Of a DNA stretch of 48,915 bases, positions 25,461-39,321 are shown piece after piece. Under the pieces are notes generated by a model. It saw nothing but the letters and a program-made list of their open reading frames with translations, was not told where the DNA came from and made no database searches. Source of the stretch: Lama guanicoe (Eukaryota); the NCBI GenBank assembly GCA_013239625.1, contig MU054323.1, positions 2,542,001 to 2,590,915 on the forward strand. Direction: 5' to 3'. The number at the start of each line of letters is the position of its first letter. Position 1 is the stretch's first letter. The translations under genes and the position numbers were made by a program.

Positions 25461-26419
25461 ACTGGGATGAGTTTTTTTTGTTGTTATCATTCTCATATGA
25501 TTTGCTTTTTTCCTTCTGGGTAATGGTGGTGATTGGCTAGCAAATGCAAACTCCTATCAGGTCCCACGCATTGGTCAGCATGAGCTCTGTTAGCTAAATA
25601 CATAGATTATGAACCACTTAGTTGATTTACACATTTCTGCAGCTGAAAAAAAATATTTACCAGGCAGATTAAATTAAATTAAAACAATCAGATTAAAAGC
25701 AGCCTGGAGGCTGCCCCTCTCCTCAACAAGGGACACTTTGCCTTGCTCTGGGTAGCAAACTCATGCCAGCTGCTTGGCAAATTTAGCAGTAACTTGAGGA
25801 GGTGTGATTAGAACTGCGAAGGGGACAGAAATGCTTGGGAAGGTGGGCTTCTGTCTTCACACTGTATTCACATCACAGCTCTGGGCGTAGGCGCCTCTCA
25901 CTAATGCAGAGCAACACAGACAAGGAATGCGAAGTTGGAAGGAGAGAACATTTGGCTTAAACTTGGATGAGGTAGGAAGTTTAAGTTTCCACTACAGGTT
26001 AGTACCATCTGATAAGTAAGTCGATTTTTCAAAGGTGAAGTGGTAGTTAGCGCTAATTCAGAGCAGATTTTCTTATAAATCTAAATTTATATTCAGTGAC
26101 CAGGTGATCAGCTTCCCAGGTGGGGCCACACAAGTATTTTTAATCCAAAGAGCATAATGTGACAAGTGCCACACTCAAGCATTAAGCCCAATAAAGCCAT
26201 GCCCTGTAGCCAGATTTTTTTTTTTTTGGCTTGCTTGCTTTTTAGATAGTCCATATAAAATTGCATTCTCTTCAAGCACTGTTTTTAAAACAGTATTCAA
26301 TGGCCACATAGAATATTATTAAATCAACATGGGTTGCTTCTATGCATCTTCCAGCACTTTCTAGTGTAAGTTATATTGGCTACATTAACTTAGTTATATC
26401 ACAGGAGACACTGCTTAAC

Positions 26420-26716
26420 CCCAAATTTACCAAACCATGTTCCATAGCTCAATATTTCAAGAGATGTTAATAGCAAAAGAAAGAAAAGCTACTTTGTGAA
26501 ATAAATTTGGGAAAGTGCGTACACTAAAACCTCCCCTTGGAGAATCACAAAGCACATTCAGTTATTAAAGATTCTAAGGTAAAGAAACCTGTTAAACTTC
26601 ATGTCATTAGCTGTCATTAAACTTAATTTCAATAAGTAACAAATTTTTGTTTTATACTATCTTCATTAAAATTCTGAGAATAGCGTTCAATAAAACACTA
26701 GCTTGGAAAATACCAG
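26420..26716. mobile_element. MER103C-like hAT-Charlie DNA transposon
   Basis: 'aaataaatttgggaaa...ccccttggagaatcacaaagcacatt...taaagaaacctgttaaact'. Confidence 0.65.
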
Positions 26717-29019
26717 TCCACTTATTTCCACCCAGTGGTGTACATGGTCATAACAAACACAGCAGAACAACAGCCCATTGCTTACACCTTCAGTTATGTT
26801 CAGTACTGTCATAATAAAAGTAATATACCATAGCTGTATCATGGAGAACTTGAATTTTTACAGACTGTCTTAGAAAGATATAACTTGGTATTCAGTGGAA
26901 AATAAAATTCACGGTTCTGTGGGAAAAGACCATAACTGCTCCTCCTTCTGTCTCTGAAGTCTGGACCATGACTTCCGGGATAGCATCTTCCCCATGACTA
27001 GGTACCCCCAGGAGAATTTGCTCACCGAAAAGCTTGGGTTCAGTGTTCTGCTCATAAGCAGAGTATCAACTTACACCTACACTCTTGCTGATGAAAAATA
27101 CTCTCTCCAACATATAGATAAATTGGCTGCTTCTAATGTTTTCAATATTATTTTCTTCCTTTCCCAAGAAAATAATTGGTCTAGAATCTTCACAGTCTAT
27201 CTTATGCTGAAAATATACGTTAAAAAAAACCCTGTCTCCATGGAAGAGTTTAAAGATAAACGTGAGTTACGGTTTCAAGCTCTGAGGGACAGGATCCTGA
27301 CTTTAGATTTCATCCTCTGCTGAGGGTAGAACACATTAGGCAGTGAAAAAAATCCCCTCCCTTCCTGCACTGGAAGTATGCGTTCTGGCTGAGCAAGGCC
27401 AGGAGCTTTGAGGGGGAGTCACTGTGCAACGTGGATTCCAGCAGGCACTATAGATCTGACCCAGAAAGGCCCAGGCCCAGCTCTCGTCTGTAGTCCCGGC
27501 AGGCCTGCTGGAGACCAGCAGCTTGCTTTGGCTTATTTAATTACCTCCCTGGCCAGTGAAGTTCACGCTGCTTTCTATGGCATTGAAGCGTTTGGTTTCA
27601 TGTACTTGAACTTGGGTGACACAAATATTTCAGTGGTGAATCAGTCCTTGAAAAAGGGAGGTGGGTAAGGTAGGGAGTGTTTACAGAAGACATTTCATCA
27701 CCACTAGTCAAACATGTCTCATTGTTGGTTCAGGAGGGCCTGGTATTTTCCTCTTTGAAGGGGATGCTCGGGGAGCCAAGAGCTTCCAGCCTGGAGCTCA
27801 GCAGCTCCAGGGTAGGGCAGTGGCCATTTGCACACAGGAAACCCACAGGATGAGTTGCTTTGGAATGTTGACAATCTTAGGGAAATGGTTTTATGTCTTT
27901 CCTCAGGGGACAAAAGAAAAAAAACAAAAAAACAAAAAACTTGGTAGATCTCTGTAAAGAAAGCCTGAGGCTGTCTTGGGGCTGCTGCAGAGAAACTGCC
28001 CTATATTTTTTTTTTCTCTTTAATTTAAGTTTGTCTATTAAAGGTTTCCCAGTTGCAGAAGCCCAACGCTGAGGTCAAGAAGCTTATAATTTCAGAAAAG
28101 CAGTACTGCTGATATCAATGGTATAAAAGCTTGGTTGGAAGATAAATGGGATTTCTTTGGCCTGGGTACATCACTTGGATCATAAGTGATAGAAACCCAG
28201 ACCCCACACAGCAGTCCCATGCGCCCTCAGCCATCAGGTTGAGAAGAGATGGCACCACGGTCCTGAGTGCCCTGCCAGCCTGGGGAAGTGGAAGTCACTT
28301 AAATAGCCTTCCGTCCGTCATTCTGGGGGTGTGGCACTCTGAATGGCAAAGGGGTCTGAAGACGATTGCATTTAGAAAAACCATAGCTGAGCCATGCCAA
28401 GAAACACAAACCAAAAGGAAATATTTTAAGAAAATAAACAAAGCTACTGAGTCAAACATACAAAGCAGGAAAGCGGAACAAAAGATTATTTGAGGCCTGA
28501 GGTTCGAACATTTTGAAGCCACACGTGTGATGGGCCAGCCCGAGAACATGAGGAGCCCAACAGCTGTGTAAGCGCAGAGGCAGCCTGCTCCCACCAGGGC
28601 TCCCCAGCCCCAGAGGCTCCGCGCCAGCCCACCGAGCTAGCCCACTGTGTGACTTGAGCTCAGCCTTGAGCTATGCGGAAACGGGGCTCCACCACTGCAG
28701 GCCACACAGACACAGATCGAGCTGAAAGGACCATCCCACTGACTGAGCCGCTCCTGTCACGTGCATCTAAGTGTCCTCCAGTCCTAAGTTTGTTGTTCAG
28801 GAACCTTAAAGGACAGCAGCGTTGTAATATAAAACAGTGCTAACTATGTGTGTGTATCAGGTTTACAAGTTTGGCTATCAGAACGTCTACACAAGTACCT
28901 GTCACATTAATATGACACTGTCCTCAGAATCCCAGAATTCTGGCACTGGATTTGCCTGGTTGAATCATTTCGCATCCCAAGGACTTAAGCTCTGTAAAAC
29001 AAGGCACCAGTTGGGCAGT

Positions 29020-29179
29020 GGGGAGAGGGTGTAGCTCAAGTGGTGTTCTTGGCATGCACGAGGTCCTGGGTTCAATCCCCAGTACCTCCTCCAAAAATAA
29101 ATAAACCTAATTACCTCCCGCCTAACCCCCACCACAATAAAATAATTAAATAACACAATAAAAAAAATTTTGTTAAAAC
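29020..29179 (+). mobile_element. tRNA-derived SINE, camelid Vic-1 type (long-tail variant)
   Basis: GGGGAGAGGGTGTAGCTCAAGTGG head, B box GGTTCAATCCC at 29069-29079, tail 'aaataaacctaattacctccc'. Degenerate 16-bp TSD at 28999-29014 and 29180-29195 (13/16 identical). Confidence 0.9.
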
Positions 29180-29726
29180 ACAAGATGCCAGTTGGATACA
29201 CTTCAGGGTCAAGCACACATTCTAGTGAATGAAGTGAGACCCCAGTGCCCAGCAGCCTCTATCAGAGAGCCATGTCTTGCTGGCACTGAATTTGAATCCG
29301 TGTCCACCATCTTTGATCCACCCAGAGGGTTTCTGAACCAATTACCTTAGACACAACAGAATGCCTTTCACCAAGATGCACTATAAGGCCACGCTTTTGG
29401 CTTTTATGAGAGGTTCAATAAAACATGTGCTATACAAAAACCACTCTGAGTTCGTTGTGAAATAATTGTCAAGGATATAACCATATCTGATTGCAAGTTA
29501 TTTTTGCGATTAAAGGCCAGAAAACGCATGCCTCTTGAGGAATGACTTTATTTCCTATATTCTGTTGAGGAAGTTTATCAGGTTTTCCTTGCTGCTGTGG
29601 TTGCCAGGAAACTCACGCATAAATGTCATAATCATAACTCTGTAACTTCTCATGAACAGTACAGGGAAGAAACAGGAGGCCAAAGTGGTGCTGATCATGA
29701 GAAGTTACAGAGTTATGATACGGCAT

Positions 29727-29835
29727 TTATACATATATATATACATACATACATATACGCATATGTATATATACTTGTATATGTATGTGTATATATGTAT
29801 ATATAAGTGTACTATATACATTCGTATATATTAAA

Positions 29836-29889
<54 letters not shown>

Positions 29890-29893
29890 CACA
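29727..29893. repeat. Compound (TA/TG/CA)n microsatellite region
   Basis: Degenerate TATG tract followed by pure (TG)n and (TA)n. Confidence 0.9.
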
Positions 29894-32589
29894 CCCAGAT
29901 ATGTGTCCTGGAATTAGGACACAAAGATTAGGCAGTGTCACCCCAGCTAGTGAAGCAAGAATTCTCATAAAGATATGGTCCTGACCATCTGCAGATACTG
30001 CTCCAGAAGGAACATCCACTTTCCACTCATCTCCCAGTTTGGATGAGAGACTGTTTCACTGCAGGAGAAACGGCATAATTTATACCGTGGAGACAATAAC
30101 CCTTTGCCCTGGTCCTTGCTCCTGGAGGAGACTGGACAGGAAAAGGGAAGAAACATTAGCTCTTATAGATGTTGAGCTGAGAACATGACTGTGTTTTGGG
30201 GTAAGTACAGAGTCTAGGTCATGGGCAGGGGAAGGCTCCACACGGTGAAGTGGAAAGCATTATGGGAGGGTGTGGAGTGTTGTGATGGTGGGAAAGGGGT
30301 GGAAAGAGGACAGAGAAATGGAGCAAGAAGCTGGAGTCTTTGTTGTCAGAAATACCAAGGGAATTTTCTGTAATAGGAGCTTTTATATTCTTTTGAAATT
30401 ATCTATTAACAAATAGATAATTTGTTTGTAAGGAAATCTGGTTCATCATTTGATTTGTCTTTTGATTTGTATGTAGAGAGGATGGTGTTGGGGAAGGCAG
30501 AGGGGTGACAGGATTTAGGGAATGTTATTATCAGGGAGAAAGAACCTGTTGAGTTGAATATTAAGATGAAATAAAAAGAAAAAACAGGGAGAAGGTCAAG
30601 TGTGGAAGAAGAGAATTGAGCATCAGCAGGTTACCTGGAGTGAGAGCTCACTGGTGGAAACCTGAGGGCTTGAGCACCTGCAAACACAGGTGGGAGGCCA
30701 CTCTCCACGGTACATGGATCGCAGGAAGGAGGCTCACGGTGGGAGTGTCTAAATCTCAGGGAGAGTAGGGGGACCCCGCTAGTCTACATTTGCAAATACA
30801 TTTATATATCAGGTCTCTCAGGGAGGCATCAGCTTGAAAGTTTCAAACTTCCTTTTCACAAATCTATGTGTCACAGCACATGCACATAGAAATTGCCTAG
30901 TAATACAGGAAAGGGCACAGGACAGATGTGCTCAGTGCCCAGGAAAACACTTCAGGTGCTCAGAAGAGAGGTTCCTGTAAGTTAGAATGTCCAGAACAGT
31001 CTTCACGTAGGATGCAGATGGGAGACAGACCTAGAAGGATAATTTCTCTACATTTGCCAATCAGTAAATGGATGAATACATGAATAATTAGATTGCTAGT
31101 ACTCTAAAAATGTACTTTGTATGTCTTTTAATAAACACTCTGAAGCCATGAGAAATGTTATCTGAAGTACTTAATGACTTGGGCCCAGGTGTAGGAACAG
31201 AGTAATTTTATTCTATACATGTGATTTATTTGTGATTAATGTCAAGGAAACAAATTAGCAATGTTTTACTATTTTGGAAACGGTAAGTGCCCATCTGGCT
31301 CTGGAAAAAATAAATTCTAAGCATCAAAAGGGACTAATTAGCTATCATAACAGATCATCCAGATGAGAGAAATTCAGTTTTAAGATGCTTTATCACTAGA
31401 ACTTTGAACTCAAGGAGCAAAGATAGTTATGGTTTAGAATATGGGTAAAACACCTAATACCTGGTGATATATTTCTCAGTTGAAGAAGAACAATTTTTAA
31501 AGCCCACATTCTATTATTCTATATATGTATATTGAGTTTATTAAAATTTTTAATGAATCATTTGTATCCTGCCTATTTCTAAGGAAAAAAATGATTTGAT
31601 ATAATAGTTTAAAAGAAAATAAATTGAATAGCAGAAAGCACATACAGAGAAGGGCGTGGTAGAGTCTTTATAAGGTGCTGCCTTGAAATAATACTTAGAT
31701 AAAAGGGATAAGATTGAAATTTCATAGATGCCTTTCACTCACCAAGCTCTTCATTCCCTTCTACCTGAATGCATTCACAGGTGTTTGCCCTTTGATGTCA
31801 CCTAACTGAACATTTGACTTGCTCAGCACATATTCCAAATGTGCTAATTTGGTTAGACTATGAAATCCTAAAGGATTTATATAGTTCTTCCTTTAAAGAG
31901 GTGCTTAAAAATAACAGCAATGTGTATGCAGTGCCATATGGTCTACAAAACACACTCACAAATATCCCATTATATCAGATTCCAAACACTTGGAAGCTAG
32001 AACTCTCATATGCTATGTTCTCACACTGGGTCTAATTTTTAAAGTATTTTCCCTACTATTTTCATCTTACCCTCAGACTATGAAGTCGTAAAGATGTTTG
32101 CATTCCCAGTTTATAGATGAAGAAACTAAAATGCTGCCACCAATTGACTCATTATTTAGAATGATCCTTAAAAACACTTGTACATACCCCTGCTTATAAA
32201 TTCATTTACTTCTACTCATTGACTTACAGATCTTTTTATTTTTCAGAAATTTCAATATTAGTGTGCATTTTCTCCCACCTAGTAAAAGCCAAAAAATCAT
32301 TATCAATTCCAAAAGGTATATTTGTCTTCCAATTCCAGCAACACAGTTTATTGACTAAAGTGGAATTCCTTTTTCCACAAAGAAAATATTACCAACAGAA
32401 AAGTGTTTAAAACACATAAGAGAGCACACAAGAAAGAGAAATAACCAGCTGTCAGAAATAAAAAGTGAATTAAAAGACAGAGGCTAAAATAACAACATAA
32501 AACCTGTGGAAGGCAACTAAACCAGCACAGGGATATATATATATACATCTGCAAACATACATGCATATGGAAACCTGTAAGCTAAATGT

Positions 32590-33200
32590 GCAACTTAAGG
32601 TACTCTAAAGGAAGCCAATAGTACTAAAAAGCAAGGAAAAGCAGAGAAAAACAACAAATTCAAAGCTTATTCTTTGAAAGGTGAATGAAACAATCAAATT
32701 CATCACAAAACTAGTCAAGAAAAAAATTTAAATGGAATATAACTATAGATACAGTGGAGACTTTTTTCCAGTCTTTACAGAATGTTGGGAAAAGTTTTAT
32801 GTCAGTAAATTTGAAAACCAGAATACAACAAAAAATTTTACAGAAAGAAAGGGGTAAATTATCCACACTGATCTAAGAAAAATAGATAAACTGAATAGCT
32901 CTTAAAGAAATTAAATTGAGTTAAAAAAAATCATCTCACTACTCCCACCTTTTCATAACCCTTGTCTTCCCACAAACCCAAACATCAACACCATCAGGCT
33001 CAGACAGTTTTATAGAAAACTTTTATTAAACCTTCAGAAAACACAAAGCTCTGTCTTACACAAACTGTTCCAGAGAATAATAAAAGAAAGAACTCTCCCA
33101 AACTTGTTTTATGAGGCTAGGATGACCTTGATTCCAATACATGACAACCAAGGAAAATTATAGACAGATTTCATGTACTAACACAAATGCTAATATTATC
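32590..33200 (+). mobile_element. Old L1M ORF2 fragment (linker to start of RT)
   Basis: 'accatcaggctcagacagttttatag...tcttacacaaactgttccagagaata...ttttatgaggctaggatgaccttgattccaa' corresponds to the PGPDGF...LHKLFQ...FYEA motifs. Confidence 0.75.
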
Positions 33201-36049
33201 CACATAGAATAAACAAAATCTTTGCACCTTCTTTAGCCCATAGTTATCAGAGACCAAGAGGAGATACTTACAGTAGATATAAACCAGCTTTCCCCAGTCA
33301 TCCTTTATCATCAGTCAAGAATGTGCAGTACTGGCTACTCTCTCCCAAAGAGGTCAAGTGTGCCCCACTCACTGGAATGACCACACCCTCTGTCCTCAGG
33401 GCTTCAACCTCCTTCTCCAGGATCAGGAATCAAGTGAGGGCTTACCAGCACTGAATAAGGATTCCTACTGGAACTAAGACTATGCACCCCCAGACTTTTG
33501 GGCCTCTTTTAACAGGGTCAAAATAAAACCCATAGGGTTCCACGTGTAATGAGCTCAGAAGTCACCATTCCATCTTAAAAACAATTTAAAGGTGAACAGA
33601 CTGAAAAATTAACATTTCTCAGATCCACAAGAGAGGGAAGGACACATGGAAAACCACGGTCCCCAAAATTGGAGAGACAGATAGGAAAAATGCAAGGAGC
33701 CATGGCTTACCAGAACAGAGACTCATGAGCAGAAACTTCAGTGGGAACCAACGTAGGGTAGGAAAATATGAACTGTAATGGATGAACCCCTGAAAGCTCA
33801 ATGTAGACAACTCCGAGAGTTAGAAACTCCAGGGGACCCAGTCACTTCGGGTTCCAACAGTTTTTTGAGATTTATCTCCCGGAGCTCAACCAGGTTTTCA
33901 CAGTAAATACTGGAGAAAAAGCTCCTTGTGCTTCTGGCAGGAGAAGGGAAAAGAAACCATTTTGAAATACACCAGAGCATCATGTTCTTCATAATAAAAC
34001 CTGTCCACAGGAGAAACTGGTTAACCAGAAGCTAACCTGATGAGGTACTACTAGTGCCTAACTCATCTAGGGGAAAGGAAATGCCCAACTCCAGCTTTAG
34101 CCTTTCACATGCGAGAAGGGAACCATCCAACTCCAGCTGACTCCAGCCATCACGTCCTATACAAGGGGGGAGAAAGAACTGAGAAGCAGTTGTGGAGTTC
34201 ACAGTCCAGAGATACAGGTTCACTACAAGACTGAGATCTAGTTATAGGACCATGGAACACTTCCCCTCCCCCCACATCCTACCACCATATTACTAAAGGC
34301 CTATTTACAGCAGTTCTTTCCACCTGGTACATCATGTCTGGTTATCGATAAAAAGCTGTGTGGCATACCAAACAGCAAAAAACACACTTTGAAGAGACAG
34401 AACAAGTATCAGAAGTAGACATGGTAGGAATGTCGAAATTTTCAGATTGGGAATTTAAAACGACTGTGATTAATATGCTAAGGGCTCTAATGGATAAAGT
34501 AGACAACATGCAAGAACAGATGGGACATACAGGCAGAGAAATGGAAATCCTAGGGAAAAGAAACAGAAAGAAATGCTACAGATCAACAATACTATATCAT
34601 AAATAATGTCTTTGATGGCTTATTAGGAGGCTGAACAAGCCTGAGGAAAGAATTTCTAAGTCAGAGAATATACCAACAGAAATCCTCAACTCTGAAAAGC
34701 AAAGAAAACAAAGATGGAAAAAATAGAACAGAACATTCAAGGACGGTGGGACGACTACAAAAGGTATAACATACACATGATGGAGATGCCAGAGAGGAAA
34801 GAAAGAAAGGACAGAAGAAATATTTGAAATGATAAACACTAGGAATTTCCCCCAAAACAATGTCAGACATCAAACCACAGATCCAGGAATCTCAAAGAAC
34901 AGCACACAGGATACATGCCAAGAAAAAAATTCAGCTGCATCATTTTCAAAGTACAAAAAAGCAAAGATAAAGAAAAAATGCTGAAAGAAGCCAGAGGAGA
35001 AAAACATCTTAGAGGTACAAAGATAAGAATCACATCTGCCTTCTCCTCTGAAACCACACAAGCAAGAAGAGAGTAAAATAAAATATTTAAAGTGTTGAAA
35101 GAAAAAAAACACCAATCTAGAATTCTGAAAAATTATCTTTAAAAATAAAGGAGAAATACTTTCTCAGACAAACAAATATTGAAAGAATTTGCTTCCAGTA
35201 GACCTGCCTTGCAAGAAAGGTTAAAAGAATATTTTTTTAGAGAGGACATAAAATAATATAGATAAGACACTCAGAGCTACATAAAGAAAAAGTATTGAGG
35301 AAAGAATAAGTGAAAGTAAAATTAAATTTTTTATTTTTTTATTCTTACTTGATCTAACATATATAACAGATGTTACTTACTCCTAATAAAAGCAAAAAAT
35401 GTATTCAATTATGTATTCTTATGTATATATCTTATGCATCCATACATACATGTATATACACATATACTAAATATATGTGCTTAGGTAGGCTTATATGTAT
35501 GTAAAATAAATAACAGCAATGATACAAGGGACAGGAGGGAGGGATTAGAATTATTTTGTTATTATAATGCACTCACACTACCCATGAAGTAAATATAGTG
35601 TTATCTAAAAGTGGAAGTGGACTTGGGTTAGTTATAAATATATATATTGCAAACTCTAGGGCAAACACTTAAAAAGTAATTTAAAAAAGTATAATTGATA
35701 TGCTAAGAAAGGAGAGAAAACAGAATTATACAAAATGCTAATATAAAACCACAAAAGGCAGAGTAAGAATGGATGGCAATAAAAAGGTGGGTCCAGTAGG
35801 AACAACCAAAAAAAAAAAGAGTGGCCTGCAAAAATAGAAACAAAAAACATAGGCAACAAAAAGAAAAAAGTAACACATACAGTATATATTATTCTAATTA
35901 TATCAATAATCATTTTGAATATCAATATTCTAAATGCACCAAATGAAAAACAGAAATTGTCACAGTGAATCAAAAAATAAGGTCCCACTTTATGCTGTCC
36001 ACAAGAAAGTCATTTTAGATATAAAGATACTTATATATTAGAAGTGGAA

Positions 36050-37185
36050 GGGGGTGGGATAAAGATGGCAGAGTAGGAAGTCCCTGAATTCACCTCCCTC
36101 CATGAACACATCAAAACTACAATTACATATAGAGCAACTCTCACGAAGAACAAACTGAAGACTAGCAGAGCTGCTCTTCTACAACCAAGGCTGTAAAGAA
36201 AGAACCACACAGAGTCTGGTAGGAGGGGAGGAAAAGTCAGGATCCACACCCCTAGTGGGTCACTCAAAAGAGGGTTAGGATATCACAGACTTGGGGTTAC
36301 TCCCTAAAGAGCAACGGGTTAAAGCCCCACATTAGGCACCCCAGCCTTGGGGTCTGGCACTGGGAAAATGAGCCCCCTTAGCTGATTTGAAAACCAGTGG
36401 AGCTTACCAGAGGGCTATTAGAAGCCAAGACTGCACTCCAGAAGAGTGCAAGCACAGACTTGCTTGCTCTCAGTCCCAGCACAGAGGCAGCAGACTGAAA
36501 ACTGCCTGCTACTCTGGCCAGCCTGTCAGGACTGCCCCAGAGTGCACTCAAGCTGGCACTATGCTCCTGTTCCAGCCCCTCCTGTTCCAGCACTGGTCCA
36601 CACTAAGGCAGAGACCACCATCACCATCACACACACACATACGCATGCAGTGAAGGAAAAGAAGAGCCAGCTCAGAAGTGCAGCTCCAACCCTCTGGGCC
36701 CGATCCTACCTCTAACCAAGGCAGAATCCATTCATAGAAGTATTATTTGCAATATCCAAGATGTGGAAAGAAACTAAGTGTTCATCAACAGATGTGCTAC
36801 ATGGATGGACCTGGAGGGTATTATGCTTAGTGAAATAAGTCAGACAGGAAAAGACAAATAATGTATGCTTTCACTTATTATTTGGAATCTCAAAAATAAA
36901 ACAAACTTATGAATATAACAAAACAGAAACAGATTCACAGATAGAAAACAAACTTATGGTTACCAGTGGGAAAAAGGGTGGGGAAGGGCAAGATAGGAAA
37001 ATAAGATCAAGAGGTACAAACTACTAGATGTAAAATAAATAAGGTTCAAGGATGCAATGTACAGCACAGGGAATATAGCCAGTATTTTATAATAACTTTA
37101 TATGGAGTATATTCTATAAAAATATCAGACCACTATTGTACACCTGGAACTAATATAATATTGTAAGTCAGCTGTATTTCAATAA

Positions 37186-37230
<45 letters not shown>
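36050..37230 (+). mobile_element. L1 derivative consisting of 5' UTR plus ORF2 tail and 3' UTR only, nested in the L1MD ORF2
   Basis: 5' UTR with YY1-like AAGATGGC (36062-36069) runs to 36730. It then joins the L1 ORF2 C-terminus and an artiodactyl-type 3' UTR with a (TAAA)n tail. Degenerate TSD at 36038-36051 and 37231-37244. Confidence 0.85.
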
Positions 37231-37231
<1 letters not shown>

Positions 37232-38838
37232 TAAAAGTGAGTGGATGGGGGAAAATATACCATGCTAACACTAACCAAAATAAAGCAAGAGTAATTACAT
37301 TAACGTCAGGCAGAGCAGACTTCAAAGCAAGTAAAATAATAAGGGATAAAGGGCATTACATAATAATAAAGAGATTAATTTTTCAAGAAGACATAATAAT
37401 ACTTAATGTTTATGTGCCTAACAATAGAGCACAAAACTAGGTGAGGTAAAAACTAATAGAATTTCAAGAAGAAATAGATGAATCCACTATCATAGTTGAA
37501 GACTTGAACTACTCCTTTATCAGAAGTGAACAGATTCAGCACACAGAAAATCAGTAAGGACACAGAACTCAAGAACATCATTAATTAACAGGATATCATT
37601 GACATCTCTAGACTACTTCATCCAACAACAGCAAAATACACATTCTTCTCAAGCTCATATAAAACATTCACAAAGATGGACCACATTCTAGCCCATCAAA
37701 CACACCTTAATACATTTAGAAGAATAGAAATCATAAAATGTCCTCAAACTACAGTGGAATTAAACTGGAAATCAGTAACAGAAGAATAATTAGAAAATCA
37801 GAAAATTGGTGAATGTGAAAAAACACACTTCTAAACAAGGAAGGAATCTTAAATTTTAAAATATTTTGATAAAATGAAAATGAAAAATGAAATCTCAAAA
37901 TTTGTGAGATATAACCAAACCAGTGCTAGGAGGGAAATTTATAACATTGAATGCATATTTTAGAAAAGAAGAAAGATCTCAAATCAATATTCTAAGTTTT
38001 CACTTTGGAAAACTAAAAAAATAAGGGCAAATTAAATCCAAAGTAAGTAGAAAAAAGGAAATAAGAATTAGAGCAAAAATCAATAAAATTAAAAACAGGA
38101 AATCATAAAGAAAATTTAAAAAAAAAGCTGGTTCTTTGAAAAAATCAATAAAATTAATAAGCTTCTAGACAGGCTAAGAAAAAAAAAAAGAGAGAGGACA
38201 CAAATTACTAGTACCAGAAATGAAAAAGGGCACATCACTACAGATATCAAGGACATTAAAAGAATAATAAAGGAATACTACGAACAGCTCTACACCCACG
38301 AACTTGCTAACCTAGATGAAATGGACCAATTCTTTGAAAGACACAATTTCCCAAAACTCACATAAGAAGAAATAGACAATTTGAATAAGCCTATATCTAT
38401 TAAAGAAACTGGATTAGTAATAATAGCCTTCCAAAACAGAAAGCACCAGGCCCAGATGGGTTCACTGATGAATTCTACCAAACAACTGAGTAATACATTA
38501 TGACGATTCTCTGCAATCTCTTCTAGAGGATAGAAGCAGAAGTAATACTTCTTAATTCATTCTGTGAGGCCAGTATTACCCTTATACCAAAATCAGGCAC
38601 AGACATTACAAGAAGAGAAAAATACAGATCCATATCTCTCATGAACATAGATGCAAAAATGCTCAATAAAACATTAAAAATCAAATCCAACAGTGTAGAG
38701 AAAGATTATATATCATGACCAAGTGGGATATATTCCAGGTATAGAAGGCTGTTTAAGCATTTGAAAATCAGTGAATATAAATCATCATACTGACAGGCTA
38801 AAAAAGAAAAATTCAGGTGATTGTGTCAATAGATACCA

Positions 38839-38893
<55 letters not shown>
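38839..38893. repeat. (TAAA)13 microsatellite inside the L1 RT motif
   Basis: Directly visible between 'tcaatagatacca' and 'ggcatttgacaaa'. Confidence 0.95.
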
Positions 38894-39321
38894 GGCATTT
38901 GACAAAAAAAAAAAGGTAATCCACAGACTGAGAGAAAATATTTTAAAATGATATACATCTGATAAAAGAACGTTATGCAAAATAAACAAAAATTTTTAAA
39001 ACTCAACAATAAACATACTCAATTAAAAAAATGGGCAAAAGACTTTAACAGACATCTCAGCAAAGAAGATTTATAGATGTTAGATAAGCATGTGCAAAGA
39101 TGCTCCACATTACATGTCATCAGGGAAATTCAAATTATAAAAACAATAAGATACCATCACACACCTATTAGAATGCCCAAAATCTGGAACACTGACAACA
39201 CCAAATTCTGGAGAGCATGTGGAGCAACCAGAACTCTTGCTCATTGCTGGTGGGAAGGCAAAATGGCACAGCCACTTTGGAAGACAGCGTGATGGTTTCT
39301 TACAAAACTAAATATACTCTT

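Noticed and set aside
28500..28770. GC-rich patch as a CpG-island promoter
   Set aside because: It is short, with only scattered CpGs and no recognisable first exon.
29597..30019. Y/I/H/T-rich ORFs (also 12048-12266 and 19854-20288)
   Set aside because: They are translations through microsatellites.
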